Part shown: positions 52,686 to 64,000 of the stretch, in pieces
Position numbering within the stretch: the first letter of the stretch is position 1
How the letters are laid out: each line of letters starts with the position of its first letter
Assembly: GCF_036321535.1 (NCBI RefSeq)
Contig: NC_087472.1
Location: 93,126,001 to 93,190,000 of the forward strand
Origin: Camelus dromedarius
Lineage: Eukaryota
DNA length: 64,000 nucleotides
Direction of reading: 5' to 3'
Translations under genes and position numbers: made by a program
The notes under the pieces: generated by a model
The model's database searches: none
Told to the model about the DNA's origin: nothing
What the model saw: the letters and a program-made list of their open reading frames with translations, nothing else

Positions 52686-53419
52686 GTATACTATGTATAT
52701 TTCCATATTTTTTCACTTATCATATACTAATTTGATTAAAACTTTTATCCTTTTTAGAAATGGTAGTTTCTTTAACATGTTGAATTACTATATCTCAATA
52801 TGAATAGAATTAAAATAGAATTTACTGTATTTTTTCATCGAGCAATTAAAAGCACATGGTTGAAATTGTGGGCTATCCTGAGGAATGGACTCTATATTGT
52901 TATTTCTCAAGTTTTAATTTTTCTTGTAACTGATACAGTTTTTAAAATAATACCATACATTCTTCTTATATCTGCCAGGGTTGCTTTATCTATATTTCAT
53001 GAAATGTCTATTAATTTAGTTTTCTTTTTTTTTGAAATGAATTTACTGAAATATGGTTGTGTGTTTTCTGGAGTGTTTGATTTTTCCTGTCAATCAGGAT
53101 CACAAGCATGGCTTGTCATATGGGCATATAATGGTTTATCCAAGCTATTTCAGTCAGTTTGTATTGCTTAAAATTGAACCACAGGAAATTCTTCCCTTTT
53201 CCTTTGACTCATACCACTTTTTAGATTTTTCCCTCTTTTCTTTTAAAAATGGATGTTCTATAGTTTGGGTAATAAATCTGTATTGGAGAAGCAAAGCAAT
53301 ATGAGAAAATTAAGAGAAGTAAAACCATGAAATTGTTGCTTGTGGTTTTATTTCATGTCATTTTATTTTCTTTTAAGGCATGCCAAAGCAGTTCTGTCTG
53401 AGACTCATCTGTTTTCTCT

Positions 53420-53930
53420 AGATTCCCCTCTTGGGTGATTTTAATCCAGTTTGTATGTTAAAATGATACTAATAGAGTGCAGTCTCCCAATTATCTTTCT
53501 AGCTCTAGTCAAAGTTTCTTTTCTGAATTCTCAGTTCACTGTCAATTAGCCATCTCCAGCTAGATATACTAATGATGACTCAAACATAGCAAGTTCCACT
53601 TTAACACAGTAACTCTGTTTATCACACCCTGGTGTGAAATATTATTTACCATGGTGAAAGACCTTACCCTGTACCCCAGTGTCCATGCAAGAATTCTACA
53701 AGGCTCCCAAATACTTTCTTTTTCCTTATACCTATACCATACCCTGTAAATTACATGCTCTAATCATTCATTAAATATTTTAATGACTTTTTCTAGTCCT
53801 GCTGCTTTTACTATAGTTCTGCTCATCATCAATTCTCACCCAGGTTGTTGCCTACTATTCCAGGTTGGTTCTTCAAATCCATTTTCTATAGTAACACTAG
53901 GCAGATCTTTAAAAATGCAATGTAAGCTCA
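53420..53930 (+). mobile_element. L2 fragment
   Basis: ctcccaattatctttctagc...catctccagctagat...ctcaaacatagca...gatctttaaaaatgca. Confidence 0.7.
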
Positions 53931-53959
53931 GACTTTCCTCTCTGATAGAGTAATTGTGG

Positions 53960-55692
53960 GAGATGTTATCAATGTTGCCATTGATAACAACCAGAAGCAA
54001 ACTGAAAACTTAATAAGAATTATTCATTAAGAAGCTAAGATCACCAAGTGAAGAGAAGTGCAGAGAGGTAAGCCAATATTTTACAAGCTCCTGTTCTTCA
54101 TTGGAAATCTGCCGCATCTCAGCACTGGACAAAAGTCTTAGAATTCTGTCCAAAGGCTATAGTGAAGAAGCAGGGAATAATATATACAATTTTGTCAATT
54201 ATGCCTCAGTAGAGCTGGGAAAAATACAAATAAAAATCCTGAAGTTCAAGCTACAACCCCTGTTCCCCAAACCAAAATAAAGCTGAGAATCCAATAGAGA
54301 GTTTGGCAATCTATTAGGGCTTGAGAAACAAAAATTGGAGTTTGGGATTGACAAGGCAACCAGGATTTATGGCGCTGAGATCCTGGTGAAATGGGAGGCA
54401 AAGCAGTGACCCCTCAATACTTGACTGTGTTATACTTAGGTATTTGTTCAAATCTTACAAGCAGCTAAAAAAACTAAACAAAAAGTTGCATGGTGAGATG
54501 ATCTGTTTCTGAGTCACAAACCACCCCAAAACTCAGATGCTTAAAACAATAGTAATATTCATTTACTCATGATTCTGCTATTTAGGCAAGGCTTTGAAGG
54601 GACAGATTGTCTTTGTTCTATTCATTGTCAGCTGGAGCTTGAATCATATGAGGATTCATTTCCTCACCACTTACGTGTCTGGCAACTGATACTGGTTATT
54701 GTGTGGGGGCAGTTGATACTGGTTATTGTATGGGACCTCTGAGGAAACTGTGACCCAAACACTTTTATGTAGCCTTTCCACGTGACCCTTTGGCTTCCTC
54801 ACAGCATGATGAATGGGTTCCAAGGAAGAATATCCCAAAAGGACCAGGTGGAAAGGAAGCCATGTTGCCTTTTATGACTTTGTTACAGAAGTGACATAGC
54901 ATCACTTCCACCATAGAAGCAGGCTTACTCAGATTCAAATAACATGGATTTTTACTTCTTAATGTTAGCATTAAATTGCAAGAACAACAACAAGATGGAA
55001 TGTGTTGGTGTGGTCATCTTTGAAAAATACATCCTCTCTCACTGAAGAAAAGCAGAGCAGAGTTTATATCCAGCTCACAGTGCTTACAGGGCAGAATTGG
55101 TATTAGAGTTGAAGACTGAAAGGGGGGATCCCCACGGTAAGCCCACTAGCCTCCTTGCTGGGCTACACTCCAAAAATTTATGTAAAACAGAGAGAGGTAG
55201 AACCTCAGGAAAATTACAACCTGGTTTTCAGTAAGTTCAGCCTCTGGTTGGATTAGGGTAATTAGCCTTTACTCTTTGTTCCTCTCAGAAAATATGGTTA
55301 ACTCTTCTGGGAAAAGGTGATGTCTTCTAGAGGCTCTACAATTTTTTATATACAAAGTCTGACATAGTAAAAAATTATCAGGCCAACGTATTGAAGAGGA
55401 TATAAATGAAATTATACTATTGTAAATTTCTTATACAATTAATTTTAAAAGGATTATAATAAGATAACTTATTACTAAAGCAAGCATTTAGACATACCAA
55501 TAGAGGAGACATATGGATTACTAAAATATTTGGTTAATCAAAAAAAAAAAAAGAGGAACAAAGAATATAGAGGACACATAAAAAACAAATAGTAAAATGG
55601 TAGACTTAAATTTAACCATGAATCATTACATTAACTGTTAATGGTCTAAAAACTCAAAATCAATTTTCAGACTGATTGAAAAAGCAAGACAA
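53960..55692 (+). mobile_element. Old L1 5'-region and ORF2-start fragments interrupted by an MLT1 LTR
   Basis: aaattggagtttggg...caaggcaaccaggattta; aaaacaaatagtaaaatggtagacttaaa...attacattaactgttaatggtctaaa (EN start, TLNVNGL-like). Confidence 0.65.
54487..55041 (-). mobile_element. MaLR solo LTR (MLT1F/G/H-like)
   Basis: acaaaccaccccaaaactcag...ctcatgattctgc...cagaagtgacatagcatcacttcc...ggtcatctttgaaaaatac. Confidence 0.85.
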
Positions 55693-55695
55693 GAT

Positions 55696-56137
55696 TATAT
55701 AAGTCAAGGTCCAGTCAGAACACAAAAGTACGCTAATTATTTTAAAAGAAAGAATTTAAAATAATCATTATTTTAAAAAATCATTAGTGAACTAAAAAGG
55801 CTAAAAGGGGACCCTGAGGTATCAGAGAGGTAGTAACTGCAGAAAGTAGCTACCATTCTTATCGTTGGAGAACAAAAGAAAGAGGTTGTAATATTAAACT
55901 TTAGGGACTTGAAGATAGGTTCCCACAGAACAGTCCCTTCCTCCTCCTCTAGGCTTCTTTCTCCCTTCCACTTTGAGCCATGCAGTCTCCTGATAGTACT
56001 CTTTAATGGTAAAGCCTAACTAATACGGAGCAGTTAAAACTGCAGGAATGGGGTGTGCAGTCTCAGCGGAGCATCACAAAGCAGAGTACAGAGGGGTAGG
56101 TTTGAGTTTGAGAGTCAACTGCTTAACAACCAATACA
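55696..56137 (-). mobile_element. ERVL-class solo LTR (LTR41/LTR52-like)
   Basis: agtcaaggtccagtcag...cagagaggtagtaactgcagaaag...agcatcacaaagcagagtacagaggggtaggtttg...gcttaacaaccaataca. Confidence 0.75.
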
Positions 56138-57189
56138 GTGGGAAGAGGGGAGAGGTGCCTGAATTAAATTTCAGAAGCACTTTAATCTCTTCTAAAGAGA
56201 CTAAGGGTCAGTTCTTAAACTGCTCTCTTGAGTAGTCTTTTAGTCTTCAGAGAGACTGTATGGCAAATCAAACTTTTCCCCCAATTTCGTAGAGGACATG
56301 GAGCTTCCTGGACATCCCCAGGAGCTGATCTGTATAAGGGAGTATATTTTGATAGAAGGAGACATAGAAGGGATTTCACAAACTTTGGCTTAACTGAGCA
56401 GAATGGAGGGCCTTGTGACAGGATTCATAATGGTAACCATGGTGACTATATTGTTTATGAGGCAAACTGCATGACCTAGTATATTTTCTACTGCTGTTGA
56501 AAATATATTTTCATTTATAGATACTATTTCATTTAATTATAGCTAGAAGATGTAAAGTAGTTCTTTTAAAAGAGTAATTAGGTTTAATTTATCCTAGCAA
56601 CTCGAGAAGGATAAGAAAGTTTATCATACACAGGTATTTTCAGCTGCTTTTACTGGACAACACAATTCATATTCATTCCTTTGCAACTTTGATCAGTTTA
56701 ATGAAGATTCCAATAAAAATCTATTTCTAAGTTTTATAGAAAAAGAAATCTTTCCTAAAACAGCAAGTCTGTTTTTGCTATGATATGATAGAGTACTAAG
56801 AAAACCTTCATATTGTTAAAAAAAAAAAAATCCCATACTAAAAGCAGCTGTTTCATGTGGAAAAGCGGTCAGTCCAGTAAGTTCCCAACTAGCAATAGTG
56901 AAATTCCCTTACCTGTAGCAATCTCAATAATGACAGTATATTTGTAGGTGTATGTGTCTCTATGTGTTGAATATTATAAATATAGCAAACCCAGCATATG
57001 CTCATATTAATTTTGGTTTTATAATAATGAATTTTATTTTTAAAGATCTCATTAGCAGACATTTCTTATACAGCTGTATCAACCTTTATCAATTTCATCA
57101 TCTATGCTAAAGACGACAAAGTCATTCAGTTTGAATTACAAAAACCATATTTCGGGGACACTTGAGTAATGAATTTGGATGCAACCTTG

Positions 57190-58000
57190 TGTTGAGGAAC
57201 AATTCTCTATGGGTCTCCTGTGTTGCTGTGTATCTTGCAAGTGAGACACTGATTGCCCTTTGTTTCAGACAATTTTTTCAAGGATGTTTGTAGAGCAGAT
57301 GACCTTGGGAGACAGTGATAGTGCCTCCCTCTGGAGCGAAGGATAGGCATACTTGCTTCATCACAAAAGATTCAGGTTTTCTAAACTCAGGATTCCTCTA
57401 CTGTAGGGCAACCCACTGTGTGAGCAAGTATCCGCTGGCTTTCTCTGCCTTGCCCCGTGGGAACTGGGACTTGGGGAAATGGGCACTAAATTGTTGATAC
57501 TCTGGCTACTGCTTATATTACTTTTCTCTTGTTGCTGATTTAAGACTTGCCACAAAATGAGTGGCTTAAGATAGCACATACTTATCTTACAGTTCTAGAG
57601 GGGCGAAGACCAATACAGGTCTCATTGAGCTAAAAATCAACGTGTCAGTAGGGCTATGTTTTTTCTGGATGCTCTAGGGAAGATTTCATTTCCTTGCCTT
57701 TCTCAGCTTCTAGAGGCTGAACTCATTCCTGGGCTCATGGTCTCCTTCCTCCATCTTCAGGGTAGCATCTCTCTGGCCCTGATTGCATTCTCACTTCTTT
57801 TTCTCTGACCTCAGCCAGGGAAGTTTCTTCAGTTTTCAGGATCCTTGTGATTAGAACAGGCTGACCCAGGTAAGCCAGGATAGCCTCCCCGTCTCAAGCT
57901 CTGACCCAGCCGTTGTCTACCAGCCTCCGTGAAACTGTGGCAGGCTAACTTGAAGGCTTGCAAGCAGAGTAAAATCTCAGATCGTCCCTAGTACTTGAAA
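57190..58000 (+). mobile_element. ERV1-class solo LTR (MER89-like) interrupted by an MLT1D-like LTR
   Basis: ggaacaattctctatgggtctc...ttttcaaggatgtttgta...tccctctggagc | gtgaaactgtggcaggctaacttg...gtaaaatctcaga; flanks ccttg/ccatg resemble a 5-bp TSD. Confidence 0.75.
57514..57898 (-). mobile_element. MaLR LTR (MLT1D-like), 5'-truncated
   Basis: agtggcttaa...ttatcttacagttctag...gctaaaaatcaacgtgtcagtagggct...cagcttctagaggctg...cttgtgatta. Confidence 0.88.
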
Positions 58001-58202
58001 CCATGACCCTTAGTTTGGAAATTGAATTCATTCATTTTAGCAAACATCTAACTGCAAGTTAAATAAAAGTAAACAGGAGTCTCATTTTAAATACTCATAG
58101 CTTCTTTAATATTTTCATGTTTAGAAAATGTCCCAACTTCCCAGGCCATGTGAACTAAATCAAACTATTAAATGAACTATTAAATGAAAACTATTCTGTA
58201 AG

Positions 58203-58347
58203 TCAGTGGTTCTGAAGATTTAGCATGTACGGGAATGTCCTGAAATCTTGTCTAATACTCACATTCCTATGACAGCTCCCTCCACCTAAGATTTTGTTCT
58301 GGATTTGATTATAGAAGTCTAAAATTTTAACCAGTGCCCCAAGTGAT
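58203..58347. mobile_element. MER5B-like hAT element
   Basis: cagtggttct...attttaaccagtgccccaagtgatcct...tttgaga. Confidence 0.55.
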
Positions 58348-59089
58348 CCTCGCTTTGAGATCCAGTTGTTTTTTTGTTTTTTTTTAAACTACCAATGACT
58401 TTTGTTGCTTCAGTAATTAAATGTCTACTTACATTGAAAAAAGCATGTACTTTAAATGGAACTCAAGAGTCATAATAGATATCAGTACATTCATCATTTA
58501 TTCACTGAAGAAAACATTTCATTGAGTAGTGTTATGGCCATATTTTGACTTCTCTTCAATAACGCTGAATATTGAGGCCACCACATTTCAAGAGCTCCCA
58601 GTGTCAAGTTGTTCTAACAGGCATTATGTTTGTGGAATAAATAAAATAACTTTTTTTTTCAGTTCAATTTTATTCTAATTACCAGATTAACATTACCTTT
58701 CCCAATCACAGTTTTGGAAAAGAACATGAGGGTTCTTGGGAAGAGTTAAACATTCAGAGACATCATTATTGAATACAAACTAATATACTACTTCTGAATA
58801 TTGTTTTTAAAGACACACACACACATCTATGCTAACAGTTTGCTTGAACATGAAACTTATCAAAGGAGCAAGAAATCATAGCCTAAAAAGTTGATACCAA
58901 AATTGTGAAACCTCCTGCACAGATAGAAATGATTAAGCTTCCAACTGGCCTTACTATTTGTAAGATGACACATGGACATTTATCACTTTGTCCTCATTGT
59001 TATTTTGTATCTGTTAAAGGGGACTTGAAGTTCATTAGGGGAAAAAAGTATTTTACGTTATCTTCATAGCTTGTATAATGTGGAAAAAT

Positions 59090-59498
59090 ATGAATGGACC
59101 TAGAGATCCTCATTCTAAGTGAAGTAAGACAGAAAGAGAAAGAAAAATACCATATGATATCACTCCGATGTGGAATCTAAAAAAAGAAAAAAAGAGGACA
59201 CTAATGAACTCAACTACAAAACAAACAGGCTTGCAGACATAGTAAACAATCTTACCTTTACCAGGGGAAAGGGTATGGGAAGGGATAAATTTGGGAGTTT
59301 GAGATTTGCAAATGTTAGCCACTATATGTAAAAATAGGTTAAAAAACCCCAAATTTCTTCTGTATAGCACAGGGAACTATAATATCTTGTAATAATCTTT
59401 AATGAAAAAGAATATGAAAACGAATATATGTATGTATATGCATTACTGGGACATTGTTCTGAAATTGACACACTGTAATTGTACTTCAATTAAAAAAA
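59090..59498 (+). mobile_element. Young lineage-specific L1 3' end (last ORF2 codons, 3' UTR, A tail)
   Basis: atggacctagagatcctcattctaagtgaagtaag (MDLEILILSEV)...ctgtatagcacagggaacta...acttcaattaaaaaaa. Confidence 0.93.
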
Positions 59499-59951
59499 TG
59501 ATGGCTATATTGCAAAAGTACTTATGACTATCAAGATTACTTTGTAGGGATATTTCAGGGAGATAAAATTCTATTAAAATGGAAATTTTGTTTCCAGGCT
59601 TTCTGTTCATCCAAGTAAGTGAATCTCCTAGTTTGCTAATTTAACTCTGTTAGCAGTTATAATTTTAAAAATCATACATTTCATAGGAAACTAGAATCCA
59701 CTTATTCTCAAACTAGAAGTTAATTTTTTTTAAATGAGGTGCTCTTGTACTGTCACTGCATTAAGTAATTTTCAAAGCCATCTCTTGTAGTCTAAGATTA
59801 AAATAGAAATCCATTTTATTTATTATCCAGCGCCATTGTCCTTGCCATGTTCTCTTATGTGTGTCACAAGTTGGCATATTTATTTGACATCTGACAACAA
59901 ATCATAAGCAGTAAAAATATTTTCATTAATTTAATAAACATTGATGAGGTC

Positions 59952-60083
59952 CAGGGCCACCATAAATGCTTGTGAGGTTGTGCACTGTATGACTTCAGGG
60001 GTGCCATTCACATCATATTTATGAGTATGGTGCCCCCAGACTTGTGCAGTGCACAACCTGCATGACTATATAAGGTGGCGCTG
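59952..60083. mobile_element. MER91C-like palindromic hAT-Tip100 MITE inserted in an antisense L2 3' end
   Basis: cagggccacc...aggttgtgcactg...ggtgccat / atggtgcc...cagtgcacaacct...ggtggcgctg; the flanks rejoin as L2 (aaacattgatgag|cctaatatg...caggcactgtg). Confidence 0.82.
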
Positions 60084-60841
60084 CCTAATATGAAGTCAGG
60101 CACTGTGATAAGTGCCAGGCATGAATATAAGGATGATGACATCAAAGTAGTTTTTCTTTCAGAACTTACAGTTTAGTAAGGGACACTGATAATTAAAGAA
60201 ACCGAAAAAAAAAAAAAAAACCAAACTGATGCTAAGTTCTATGACAAGGAAGGTGCAGGACTTCTCTGTCAATATAGCCATCCAGTTAAAATAGAAGAAC
60301 AAATAAATGTGAGCAGTTAAGACTAGAACATGTTCTGGGAACATTTCAAAGTATGGGATCCTATGTCAGATTTTTTTTCTATAGCTGCTCAGTATTACCA
60401 TAAAATTTAATCGCAAATGTGGTACTTGTGTAAATGAGTTAGGTGCTCTTCATAGCATCCCCCTGCTAATGATAAGGCCATAGTTACTAAATAAAACACT
60501 ATTTTCCTATGTTTTCTCTCAGGCTCTATCCTGGCTCTGCATCCTGATCCCACTAATCCCATCTTGTGTATTTGTATTGTGTACGTACTCAGCTTTTGAT
60601 CTTACTCTTACCTGGTGGTCCATCCCTTAGAACTTGATGCTTCTGAGAGTTCAGATGTTTCTCAAGGCAAACTCAATGATCTTGGAACTCTTTGGGTACA
60701 CCCCACAGCTGTGGCCCAGCCCCACCCACTTCCAAAGCCTGCTTTTTGAACCTTAGCCCTGGAATCCACTGCTTTACTTCCAATATGAGTTGGAAATTTT
60801 TTCCTGAAAGCCATGTCTAGGTGCAAAATTTTTTTCTAATG

Positions 60842-60948
60842 AATGGAAGCTTCATGAGGGCAGGAATTCTGGTATATTTTGTTTAGACACACCTCCAGTG
60901 TGTCTGCTTATCATTTAGTGCTTACTAAGTATTTGCTAAGTGAATCAA
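60842..60948 (+). mobile_element. L2 3' end
   Basis: aagcttcatgagggcagga...aagtatttgctaagtgaat. Confidence 0.75.
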
Positions 60949-62249
60949 CGTATGTAGGACAGTACACAAGGATTCTAAGGACCGTCTGCTGGGACCTGCC
61001 TCCCAGATGTCGCTGACTTTTGTTTATCTGGAGGTGCAGCTGGCTCCATTTATGGTTATGCTCCCTGGGCTCCCAACACAGAACTTCTCAGTTCACACTC
61101 CAGCATCCTTGAAGAGTGAAGTCCCGAGAGCTGCCACAGCTTAACAGTGCCTCCCCGTGGTAAAGAGTCCAACTGCAGCTGACTAACTGCAGTCTTAGAA
61201 TCTAGACTTCCAAACTCTCTTCCATCTCACCATGGCAGGTTCCCGGTGGAGACAGTATAGATTGTCTTCAGGCTTTCCTGATTGGCAGATAAAACAGATC
61301 ACAACACAAGTCTGGTAAGGATTCTGGAAAAATAAATGTATTACTTTGGGAATTTTTTCCTCTCTCCTTATCATTTTCACTCCTGTAAAATAGAGCTCAT
61401 GGCAAAGGCCTGGGAGCCCACCAAGCTTATGCATTTCCTGTTCTGAACTTGAAGCCTGAGCCACTCTCAAACACTACAATACACTACAGTAGGAATTCAC
61501 TGGGACTCTTGACCCCAAATGGAGTCCTAGGGTTTTGTATATATGATAGCTCTAATGTTGCACATCCTCCCAAAAGAAAGGACTTGGAATGGACTGTAGA
61601 AAACACATGTGAAGACCTCTTTTTATATCCAAAATGAAATCCTAAGTTCATCCCTAATCAGCTTTGATTTCTACCTTCAAGACTGATGGCAAGAGCTAAG
61701 CCCCTTTGACCTAGGCAATACCAGACCCTCAGATCTCTGCCCTGTGCTGATTTCCTTCACTTCCTGGTACCAGGAAATAGCAGTTACCCTGTTTGAAATG
61801 AGAATTTCTATACACCACAGCCATCTTAAAAGCTTGCTAATATCACTGCAAATGGCTGTGGAATCTGGTGACTCAGACGATTACAACTTGAACAAATTTG
61901 GCAGACTTGGAAACTCTCCATGTAAGAGACGGAGTATCACCTTCTTTTTGGTGTCTTATATTTGTCATAGATCGCATGCCCAGAAAGAAATGCCCACCAG
62001 AGAGACATACTTCCAGAAGCCTGTATTTCTGGGTGAGACCCTACCTTCAGATATCCTTCACTGACAAACTACGCCTACAACTGACGTAATGAATCAGCAT
62101 TCCAGGGTCATTTTAAGAGAATCCTGGGAGTGATGTAGTTCCTAAGGGCTTACTCTACCTGCATTTCCTGGCCAAGAAAGCACAGCTAGCATATACTTCC
62201 AGATTATGCTGGAAGTTGAATTACCATTGCATATGGCCATTAAGCTGAC

Positions 62250-62751
62250 TGTTACGGCCTGAATGTTGTATCCACCTATATTCATATGCTGAAGCCCTAA
62301 TCCTCAGTGTGGCTGTATTTGGATACAAGGTCTCTAAGAAAGTAATTAAAATTAAATGAGGCCATTAATGGTGAGGACCCGATCCTAATAGGATTAGTGT
62401 CCTTATAAGAAAGAGACACCAGAAAGCACGTGTGCACTCCCTCCTTGTCCCTCCCTCCCTCTCCTTCCCTTCCTGCCCCCTCCCTCCTTGCCCCCTCTTT
62501 CTCTAATATATATAATACATATGTATATGTAAAAAAAAATACATCTCCATCCTTTTGCTTGCACATACCAAGGAAAGGCCTGAAAAGGCAGCCATTTGCA
62601 AGCCAGGAAGAGAGATCTCATCAGAAACCGACCATGCTTGGCATCTTGGTCTGGGACTCTTAGCCTCCAGAACTGAGAGAAAGTAAATTTCTGTTGTTGA
62701 AGTTACCCATTCTAAGGTATTTTGTTATGACAACCCAAGCAGTCTAATATA
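62250..62751 (+). mobile_element. MaLR solo LTR (MLT1A/B-like) with internal CT-rich expansion
   Basis: tgttacggcctgaatg...ttcatatgctgaagccctaa...ggattagtgtccttataagaa...gcctccagaactgagagaaa...ggtattttgttatg. Confidence 0.92.
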
Positions 62752-63799
62752 CCAACCCAGACTGTAAACAGTAGAACCTGGGACACTTGTCATCATCCAT
62801 GGAAACATATACCTTTATTTATTATCTTCTGTTCATAATGCAGTAATGCATGAACAACAGTTAAAAACATGCCCTAGAAATGTAATTTTTCATCAAAAAA
62901 TGCGTATTTAAGTTCTGATCTTTGTAATCCTTTTCTTTTATGTAAAATCAAACCAAGAAGTTCATAATCAAGAAGAAAATCATTACCAAATTGGAGTTCT
63001 AAGTCAACTACCAACTGAGATTTTTGAGAGGTGATAAAATTTTAAATGAGGGACAAATATATAAAAAGGAGGCTTTAAAAAAGCTAATTAAGGAATAGGC
63101 TATAGCAGGAATTTCAAATTTGGAATTATGCTAATGAATAGTTTTTTATGTAGAAATTCAGGGTAATATTAGAGACAAGTTTCTTTAGTAATCAGAGATG
63201 CAATTCATATTATTCTGAAAAAGACTTTAGATAAAATATGTTTAATTGGAACTATCAAATGAGATGATTCTTAAGTACTATTGCAATGAATTATTTTTAA
63301 AATCTTAAATTTTAGAGACTTTTATATAGTTGGTGTCCAATTAATGTTTATTGAATGAATTAATATGTCAATAAGGACTAAAGGCACTCCCAGAATGTAA
63401 CTTTTAAACTTTTGGGAAATTCCTAAAGCAGTCTTTCCTTTATTTGAGATGCTGACTGGAAAGTAGTTACTTTCTCTGTTAAAATAAGGTAATTTTTGAC
63501 ATTAAAGGAAAGCAATATTGGAGGTCTAAGAGGGGGTGAACTAGTTTGAGTTTTTTCAAAAGAATTTTTTAAATCATTCATTTAATTATCATCTTTACCA
63601 GAAGCAGAGTACATATGTCTTCAAATAAAACTTCAAATAATTGTGGTATATGCTATTAGGCTTTGTAATAAAGAAGGATGGATGTATGGGTAAGTTGCTG
63701 TTCTCAGCTAATAGAGAATTACGTTCACCATTTCTGCAAATATAGTACCTGCTTTTGCTAAAGCACTGTCAGATGACCGAAAGCCTAGTACATTTTTTG

Positions 63800-63945
63800 T
63801 GACTTTAAGTGCTCCTGACTGAATTTCAATCCCAGTTCTTCTTTGACTATAGGAATCAACTTCTCTGTGCCTTACCTGTCTTATAAGCAATATGACATGG
63901 TTATATTAGTTGGTACCTTCCAAGTCTTAAAAATATAGAAATACC
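63800..63945 (+). mobile_element. Degenerate MIR
   Basis: ttcaatcccagttct...aacttctctgtgcct...ggtacct. Confidence 0.55.
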
Positions 63946-64000
63946 TCATAATGTGATAGTCCAAAAAATCAATCAAGTCATTGTTTTGGTTGTGTTATAG

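Noticed and set aside
52800..53171. 123-aa hydrophobic ORF
   Set aside because: T-rich low-complexity DNA yields F/L/I-rich frames by chance, and I recognise no family.
63708..63890. Minus-strand ORF with protein-like composition
   Set aside because: It overlaps a degenerate MIR and the peptide is not recognisable.

Overview
AT-rich, CpG-depleted, repeat-dense mammalian non-coding DNA (intron or intergenic). Two tRNA-Ala-derived SINEs with target-site duplications and three young L1 3' ends point to a camelid (camel/alpaca/llama). I saw no Alu, B1/B2, Bov or CAN-SINE elements. No host protein-coding exon, RNA gene, CpG island or prokaryotic-type system could be supported; every ORF I recognise is a decayed L1 ORF2 fragment. 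Much of the window is eutherian-wide repeats (L1M, HAL1, L2, L3/CR1, MIR, MaLR, ERV1/ERVL LTRs, hAT DNA transposons), often nested. The best non-routine observations are: an L1 3' transduction with a 17-bp TSD, two tails and its own poly(A) signal (31861-32375); a recent 97/98-identical non-tandem duplication of unique DNA (21855-22248); an older ~200-bp duplication whose second copy starts at an L1 5' junction (29272-31260); and a palindromic MER91C-like hairpin. I found no evidence of a new biological system. Repeat subfamily names come from recalled consensus sequences and need RepeatMasker/Dfam confirmation. Boundaries of old repeats are approximate.
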